DNA from: an uncultured archaeon
GTDB lineage: Archaea > Asgardarchaeota > Lokiarchaeia > Sigyniarchaeales > SOKP01
NCBI GenBank assembly: GCA_964653985.1
Contig: CAZZIC010000001.1
Span: 15,489-79,488 of the forward strand
Length of the DNA stretch: 64,000 nucleotides
Reading direction: 5' to 3'
The notes below the pieces were generated by a model. The model had not been told where the DNA came from, ran no database searches, and saw nothing but the letters and a program-made list of their open reading frames with translations. Below are positions 18,721 to 26,000 of the stretch, in pieces (position 1 is the stretch's first letter; each line of letters starts with the position of its first letter). The position numbers and the translations under genes are program-made.

Positions 18721-21432
18721 TCATACATTAGTAAGATAACTTACCTGTGTGGATTCGTTATTATCTTTTGAAAGTTTAATAACATACTCGCTGTGACGCT
18801 TAAAGGAATCATCATGGGAAATGACAAAAAGTTGGTTGAATCCCTCTATATTATTTATATATTTGCTAAGATTATTTCTTGATGTCTCATCTAGGTTTGT
18901 TGTCGGTTCATCAAAAATTGCAAACTTTGCCGAAGTGAGTGTCTTTAAAATGGCTAATCTTACTGCTAATGCAGCTGCCATTTTTTCTCCTCCTGATAAT
19001 CTGATAAACTTCTTTTTGCTTTTTGCTTTTAAAATCTCAATTTCATAGTTTTGATCCCACTGTAATGAGGTATTTTGATCTCCTCTAATGTTACGATATA
19101 TTTTTGAAGCTTGTCTATTTACTTTCTGAATTAATTGTTGTCTCATTTTTGGTTTAAAATCTTTTAACCAATTCCGTATTTTACTTACAAATTTTTTTTC
19201 GGCTTCTAATTTTAGCTCAATTTCTTTAAATTCATCTAGTTTTTTCTCTTTTGATTCTAAATTCTCGAGTTCTTCATTAATTTCGTCTAATCTCTGCTGC
19301 AAATTACGCAAATTTTCTTCTAACTTAATTATATTCCGGTTTTTTTCATCGAATTCTTCTTGTAATTTTTTATGGGTGACTTCATTATATTTAGCAGATA
19401 ATTCTTTTAACTCCTCTAAGCTCTCAGAATACTGTTTTACCAAATTCTCTAATCTTTGCTTGGCTCTATTAACTTTTTCTTTTCTTTGTTTTAATTTTTC
19501 TGCTTCGTTTATATTTTTCTGATATTGGTTATATGCTTTTTCTAAATTATTTAATTTCTTTCTTATCGCCGATAATTTATCTGGAATATTTCCTAACTTA
19601 GCTATTTTGCTTTTTAGATTTTCCTTCTTAGATTCTACTTCTTCTACTTCTACCTTTAGTTCTTCTAACTGATTTTCTATATCCTTGAGATCTTCTACTT
19701 TTCTTTTATGAATAAGATAATCATCATGAAAAGGTTGTAATGCTTCTCGCTTTTCCATAAGCTTTTTTTTAGAGTTAATCAATTGAGATTTTTCTGTAAT
19801 TTTACTATTAATTTCATTTATTTCTTCTTTCATAGACTTATATTGTTTTTCAAACTCTTCTAATTTTATAGCATTCCGTTTTAGATGTTCTATTTCATCC
19901 TGAAAGTCCTCCTTTTTTTTTAATTTCTCACTGATTTCATTCAAATCCCTTCTCTTAGATTTTAACTCTTCATTCTTTAAGATAATATCTTGATTAAAAT
20001 AATCTATATCAAACTCGCCATCTAGCATATTTTTACATTGTTGATCCGTAAATGGACATAGTTTTTGTTCTACTTTATTTTGATGATTTTGAAAGAATGA
20101 TATATCATTTTTTATACTTGAAATTTCTAATGCTAATGTGTTTTTCTTTTGTTCAAGTGTTTTGATATTTTCCAGCTTCTCTTTTAATTTTGGTAAGTTT
20201 TCTACTTCTTTTTTTATAGTATTTATATTTTTTTTAAGGGATGATACTCGTTCTTTTTTTTTATTAAGTCTCGACTCTGCGGCTTTAATAACTGCGATTT
20301 GTTCATCCAATTTTTTGATCTTAGATTCTAATTTTAAAAATCCTTCATATTTTGGTTCAATTTCTTTTATAATTTTTGAGGAATTCTTTGCTTCATTTAA
20401 CTTTTCCTTCTTATTGGAATATTTATTTTTTATATTCTGATATTTTTGATTCATCTCATTAAGTTTTTCCTTTAATCTACTTAGTTCTTCGCTTTCTTTA
20501 ATTAATTCCTCTTTCATTTCAGAATTCTTGAGGTATTGTTGGTAGTCATCTTTTGTATCGTTCACAACTTCTTTAGCGTGGCTAGACTCTTTTAATTGCT
20601 GCTGAAACATCACTAGATTTTGTTCTTCATTCTTCTTTTTTACTTCTAATTGCCTATACGTAGATGTTATCTCATCTAACTTTCCTTTTGTTGATTTGAA
20701 GTCATCCAATTCATTTTTGATTTTCTGCTTTTCCCTTCTGAATTCGTTTAATTTTTTTGATTTATTATCAATCTCTTTGGAAACTTCCTTTTTGTACCTT
20801 ACCTTAGATTCTTTTTCTTTAGTTTCCCCAGTTAATTCACTGATTTGATTTTGGATAGTTACTAATTCATCTCTAAAACTCCTTTCAATTACACCTAAAT
20901 TATCCCAATATTCTTCATATGTGTCTAGCTGAAAGATCTCATCAAAATATTCCTTCCTCTCCTTAGGACTCCTTAAAAAGATGTTAATTATCATTCCTTG
21001 AGGAATCCCAATAGCAGTATTAAACAAGGTCTGGAGATCTATATTATTTTTTACTCCAAGTTGATGTTTTATCCAAGATCTAAATTTTGAAATAGTCTCA
21101 ATCTGGGGAGAAACTTCCTTTCCTTTCTCATCTTTTACCTCAATATCAGTTTTTCCGATTTTTCGCTTAATTGTGTAGATTTTATTATTTAATCCATTTA
21201 TCCATATTTTAATAGATCCATATTCGGGCTTATCATTTTCAACTGATCGAACATAATCTGAATGTTGAGTTTTTGATTTTAAGAAATCGAACAAAACATA
21301 CCCGATCATTTCCAAAACGGTTGATTTACCAGTTCCGTTGTTGCCATAAAGGACATTTAGCCCTTCATTAAACGTTATTGTAGTATCTTTATGTGTTTTA
21401 ACATTTTCGATTTGAATTTTTCTAATTAGCAT
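18721..21432 (-). CDS. Rad50/SbcC-family ATPase, paralogue 1 (canonical signature, atypical hook)
   Basis: Walker A is GNNGTGKST and the Q-loop is GIPQG. A ~600-aa coiled coil carries the central CPFTDQQC (nt 20035-20058). The signature is LSGGEK, Walker B is FAIFDEPTTNLD and the H-loop is VISHD. The longest ORF reaches 21477 through an ATG run that is the out-of-frame reading of the Mre11 Asp-codon run. The ATG at 21432 lies 8 nt after GAGGTGA and gives MLIRKIQIENVKTH. Confidence 0.85.
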   Translation of the reverse strand: MLIRKIQIENVKTHKDTTITFNEGLNVLYGNNGTGKSTVLEMIGYVLFDFLKSKTQHSDYVRSVENDKPEYGSIKIWINGLNNKIYTIKRKIGKTDIEVKDEKGKEVSPQIETISKFRSWIKHQLGVKNNIDLQTLFNTAIGIPQGMIINIFLRSPKERKEYFDEIFQLDTYEEYWDNLGVIERSFRDELVTIQNQISELTGETKEKESKVRYKKEVSKEIDNKSKKLNEFRREKQKIKNELDDFKSTKGKLDEITSTYRQLEVKKKNEEQNLVMFQQQLKESSHAKEVVNDTKDDYQQYLKNSEMKEELIKESEELSRLKEKLNEMNQKYQNIKNKYSNKKEKLNEAKNSSKIIKEIEPKYEGFLKLESKIKKLDEQIAVIKAAESRLNKKKERVSSLKKNINTIKKEVENLPKLKEKLENIKTLEQKKNTLALEISSIKNDISFFQNHQNKVEQKLCPFTDQQCKNMLDGEFDIDYFNQDIILKNEELKSKRRDLNEISEKLKKKEDFQDEIEHLKRNAIKLEEFEKQYKSMKEEINEINSKITEKSQLINSKKKLMEKREALQPFHDDYLIHKRKVEDLKDIENQLEELKVEVEEVESKKENLKSKIAKLGNIPDKLSAIRKKLNNLEKAYNQYQKNINEAEKLKQRKEKVNRAKQRLENLVKQYSESLEELKELSAKYNEVTHKKLQEEFDEKNRNIIKLEENLRNLQQRLDEINEELENLESKEKKLDEFKEIELKLEAEKKFVSKIRNWLKDFKPKMRQQLIQKVNRQASKIYRNIRGDQNTSLQWDQNYEIEILKAKSKKKFIRLSGGEKMAAALAVRLAILKTLTSAKFAIFDEPTTNLDETSRNNLSKYINNIEGFNQLFVISHDDSFKRHSEYVIKLSKDNNESTQVSYLTNV

Positions 21433-21440
21433 TTTATTTT

Positions 21441-21447
21441 TCACCTC
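21441..21447 (-). promoter_or_regulatory. Shine-Dalgarno-like site (GAGGTGA) that contains the Mre11 stop codon, 8 nt upstream of the Rad50 ATG
   Basis: The minus strand reads GAGGTGAaaaataaaATG. The TGA (21446-21448) is the Mre11 stop. Confidence 0.6.
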
Positions 21448-23041
21448 AGATATTTGTATCTTCATCATCATCATCAATTATACTATCAATATCAAAATCT
21501 TCACCTTCTGCATCTAAAAGTTCTTTAAATTCGCCGAATTCTTGTGAGAAATCCTCTTCTTTCCAAGCTTCTTCTATAGAGATTTGTTTCGTTTGTTTTT
21601 TCTTCTTTTTCTTTTTCTTCGTTTTTTTAACTTTTGGTTTTTTCGAAGCTTTTTGATGTTTAACTATTTTGAGCATTTCATTTAAAATATCTTGGTTTAA
21701 ATTAAACCAATCCTCTAATTCAGTTTTAATTACATTATAATCAGCATTTTTGGTTAGTTTTCCCTTTAATTCATTTAAGATTAAATTAGTGATTTCTTTT
21801 TTGTAAGGTTTAAACTTTGCCTCGTTATCGATTGTAGATAAAAGAGCTTCTTTCTCGATTTTTTCAAAATTCCAATCATCCTCAATATCAAGCGAGTAAT
21901 TTTTTTCGGAATAAATTTGATTATTAAGTCGAAGACCTAGGATTTCAAAATTGTCGAAAATCCTATTTTTCAGTTCAGTCAAATCAATTTCCAATTCCGA
22001 ATACTCAATCCAACCTTTGATAAATATATATAAAACAGGAATATCCAAATTAGATAGATTAGTCTCATCTCCCGTTTTTTCGGGGACTCCTAATTTTCTT
22101 AGTCTAGAAATTACCATCTCTTGAGCTTCTTCGAAGGATTGTGATTCTGTGATATTAATAGAGGAGTAGGTTAGAAATCTTCTATTTGGAATAGAAAAAC
22201 GATTATCTGTACTTCCATTTTCACAAAGTATTGGTTGAGCAGTAAAGTTAAAGTTATCCTCTGGAAAAATGTTTACCAAATAAATACCTCGGTCATCCCC
22301 CAATTCAGTAATTTCATTAACTTCTAGGCTGCCAGGATTAAATATCCACGGATTATTCTCTGGTTTTTCATATTGTATATGAAAATGTCCTAGGGCTAGG
22401 TAATCTACTTTATCATGGAGTTCTTGTAGACTCTTTGTTAAAGGATATCCTTTTTTTCTTTTATCTTCCCCTTGGATTCCGAAGTGCATCATTAGAATGA
22501 CAAATTTTTCCTCCTCGTCAATTTCCTTCTCTATTAAAGGATATAAGTTAGGTGTCGAACTTCCAAAATAACTAATCCCATAAATTGTTGTATTACCGAT
22601 CTGTATTTTTCCCCCTCTATGCTCTCTATATGAATAGTCTTCAAAAATAATTCTATTCGCTGCTTTATCATATTTTCCTGAAAGTAAAATAATTAGCTCT
22701 AAATCTGCAAGTAATTTTAGCCATGTACGATCTGAAAAAAATGGGGTTTCATGATTTCCTTCAATACAAATTATCGGAATTTTTCTTTTTAAGCTTTCTT
22801 CACATTTTGATTGAAAATCTTTAATAGTTGTTATAATATTTCCTAACGTCGACGGATTCACTTTTCTCTCACTATCTATTAAATCCCCGCTAATTAAGAC
22901 GAAATTCACCTCTTCGTAAATTGCCTTGTTAAGCAACCATTCAAAAGCTTTAAAAAAATCATTATATCGTTGTTTTATTCCATATAAGGTTTTTCCTAAG
23001 TGAAGATCAGCAGCATGTATAAATTTAATATTTCCACTCAT
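21446..23041 (-). CDS. Mre11/SbcD-family calcineurin-like phosphoesterase (nuclease) with K-rich then acidic C-terminal tail
   Basis: The five phosphoesterase motifs are I IHAADLHLG, II LISGDLID, III IEGNHE, IV LMMHFG and V LALGHFH. The tail reads KKPKVKKTKKKKKKKKQTK ... DAEGEDFDIDSIIDDDDEDTNI. Confidence 0.85.
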   Translation of the reverse strand: MSGNIKFIHAADLHLGKTLYGIKQRYNDFFKAFEWLLNKAIYEEVNFVLISGDLIDSERKVNPSTLGNIITTIKDFQSKCEESLKRKIPIICIEGNHETPFFSDRTWLKLLADLELIILLSGKYDKAANRIIFEDYSYREHRGGKIQIGNTTIYGISYFGSSTPNLYPLIEKEIDEEEKFVILMMHFGIQGEDKRKKGYPLTKSLQELHDKVDYLALGHFHIQYEKPENNPWIFNPGSLEVNEITELGDDRGIYLVNIFPEDNFNFTAQPILCENGSTDNRFSIPNRRFLTYSSINITESQSFEEAQEMVISRLRKLGVPEKTGDETNLSNLDIPVLYIFIKGWIEYSELEIDLTELKNRIFDNFEILGLRLNNQIYSEKNYSLDIEDDWNFEKIEKEALLSTIDNEAKFKPYKKEITNLILNELKGKLTKNADYNVIKTELEDWFNLNQDILNEMLKIVKHQKASKKPKVKKTKKKKKKKKQTKQISIEEAWKEEDFSQEFGEFKELLDAEGEDFDIDSIIDDDDEDTNI

Positions 23042-23097
23042 TTTTACGTTTAAACACTCTTATTATTATTATTATAATTTTTAATTGGATTTGTCAA

Positions 23098-26000
23098 CTA
23101 TTTTTTGTATCTTAATTTCACTTTTTGTAATAAATTTGTAGATTTATTTTTAATCTGAAGTGGGATCTCCCTATTACAATATTCTTTAACATACATATAG
23201 ATTTTTGATGAATATTTAAGGATTTCCCTCTCATCGGGTATATAATTTATGAATTTATTACTAGAAATAAAAATAAGCTTACTTTTGGCTCTAGAGGTTA
23301 ATACATTAAACCTGTTTAAATTATAAATAAATTCATCCTCCATTTGGAGTTTATCCTCATCAGATAACCCAATCGAGCAGATAATTAAATCCCTATCAGA
23401 GCCTTGAAACTTTTCAACCGAATATACAGTTTCCTTTAAAGCTTGCATTAATTTAGATTTTGATAATTTAGTAAAGGGCTCAAATAATTGAAAAATGTTT
23501 CGAATTATAGTCCTTCCTTGTGCATTATGTGGAGCTACCACACCAATCTGTTGCTGCCAAAAGGTATTCTCTTCTTGTACAGTTAATGGGCTAATCATTT
23601 CATAGAATCCCTTGACAATCTCTGCTACAATTTGAGCCTCAAAAAGACTGATTCCAATCTCAAATTTTTCAGAATGAATGATGGAGCATGCTACTCTACT
23701 AGGTTTCAAAACTTCCTTTATCCAAGATTGTTTAATATCATCTACGCTCCCTTTAAGAACTCTATTCGCATTTTCTTTATACGCCTTTAAATTATCATAA
23801 AGTCCCAATTTGGATGTAAATTCAACTATATCTTTATGGGAACGATAATTAACTTTTAACTGCTTACGCGATATCTCATGCCCCTCGACATAGTATCTAA
23901 AAATATTATCTAAAATAATTTCAAGATTTTTAGGTGGTTTTTTAACCCTTACAGGGGGAAGTTGATTATGATCTCCAACGACCACGACTTTAGTCAGGGA
24001 ATCGTCAATAATTTTGTTATCAACAAGGGTTATTTCTTTAATTGAATCCTTATTAGTAATCCGCTTTCTCGGATTCAAATTTTCAAGTTTTTCGATATTT
24101 ATTTTGGGTTTTTTAATGAATTGAAGACTAGCCATAAAATAATCTGCGGGAAGTTGACTTGCCTCATCAACACAAATTAGATCAAATGTAAAATCTTCGG
24201 AAACACGTTTAGGTAAATGATATAATTGATGAGCATTAGCAAAAATTATAAAATCATTTTTCAAGGATTCTTCTAATGGTTTAGTTTTCGTAATCGTATA
24301 AGATTCACCATTTAGCTTCCATGTGTCTCCGTCTCTTAATATATTATCCACATCTCTTAGGGTAGGATCCCTCCCTATCGGTTCCTTAGAGATAGAATGA
24401 ATAAAAACCATTTGGAGTCTAGAAGAAGGAGTAGGCTTATTCAATATGTTTTTACTCCTTCGAACCTTGTCGATTACCACTCGTAAAGCAGCGTAAGAAA
24501 ATGACGTAATTAGAATTCTTACATTTTTATTCTGTTTTTTTCGCCTTATAACAAATTCGTCTATCAAAGAAGCAATGGTCTGAGATTTACCGGTACCAGG
24601 AGGTCCTAGAATCGCTGAAATTATATTTTCAAGGGAATTTAGTATTGCTTCTTTTTGAGAGGTGTCTGGAATAGGTTTTATTTTCGAAATTAATTTTTCA
24701 TTGTTTATAGTTTTATTGACTTTCTTTAAAACAGAAGGAGCATATAGATATATTGAAGGCGTTGTAAAATTCCACTTTTCTGGCCATTTTAATTTAGGTT
24801 TACTCCTTAAATCCCATAAAAATGCCAACCGAGCTCCTAGCCATGATCTCCCGAAATGCTCTCTTTGAAGCAAGCCTCTACTCTTATTGTTATATAATTT
24901 ACTTGACCAAGCATCAGAGCTAATAGGATAAATATACCATTTTTGGGTATCTGGATTAAGACCTTCGCCTTTACATATTTCAATTACATTTGTAGTAGTG
25001 GGTTTTGTAGAGATTTTATTTCCTTTAATTGATTGTTCCCATTTTATCCTCTCAATATAGACAATCCACTTGTAAATTCTTTTATCAAGTTTTATTCCTC
25101 GTTTAGAATTGGGAATCAGTAAAACTCGATCACCCTCTTTTAATTTCATGTTACTTGAAAGTCCAATAAGATTAAAGGTATATTTTAAAGATTTTCCTTG
25201 TAATTTATGAATCTTCAAATCTCTTACTCGCGCTGAAATTAACTTTCCAATGCTAAAATCAGGAAACATGGTTCTGAAATATTCATCATCTTGCTGTTGA
25301 AGAGCACTATTTAATTTTGAAAACAAATACCATACATGAGCAATGTCATGATAATCAGAAGGTAAAATTGCACTTTTATAATCATGACGGCTGATAGTTC
25401 TTGCATTTTGGGATAAAGCAATATTTCCTTGTTTTTGAAAGCGAATACGCAAGCTGTCTATAACGTGTAATTTTAGGATTATTTGATTTTTGATAACATC
25501 TCTTTTCTTCTTTTTTTTGTTAGAATCTTCTTCTCTTAGATACAACAACCAAGAAGCTAAATCTAAATAGTTAAAATGAGGTACCCAATACATTCTTGTT
25601 TTGATCTCTAACTTATCAAAAAGCTTATTGGCGATACTATGCCAAGTATAGTTAATTACATCTGGAAAACCAATACAAGATTCCGCAAAACTCTGGATAT
25701 CAAACAGCTTTTTGTATTGATAAGGATTACTCACTTCTGTATCGGATGGCGTAAAATACATTAGAATTGCCTCATAAGCAGCTCTTGCTTCTATGTTATC
25801 GATTACTAAATCTAAATTTCTCTGAATCATATCTTGAAGATGATCTAATTGATTTCGAGACCAATAAAAAATACTTGTATCTGGTCCTATCTGGTACCTT
25901 CCGTATTTTCCATCGATATCAATAATTATATGATCTTCAATTATACTGCACATTTGAAGTATTAGATTCAACTTTTTAATCATCTTGATAGTGAGTTCTG

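Noticed and set aside
21433-21477. MMMMMKIQISEVKNK N-terminal extension of Rad50 paralogue 1, overlapping Mre11 by 32 nt
   Set aside because: The ATG run is the frame-shifted reading of the GAT run that encodes the Mre11 poly-Asp tail. A better start with a Shine-Dalgarno-like site exists at 21432.
12236-24868. Antisense ORFs inside the big minus-strand genes (12236-12445, 14389-14688, 17668-18219, 17882-18091, 18821-19048, 20138-20440, 24662-24868)
   Set aside because: They are reverse-complement readings of K/E/N-rich coding sequence and give F/S/L-rich low-complexity peptides. They have no starts with ribosome-binding sites and are fully contained in well-supported genes.
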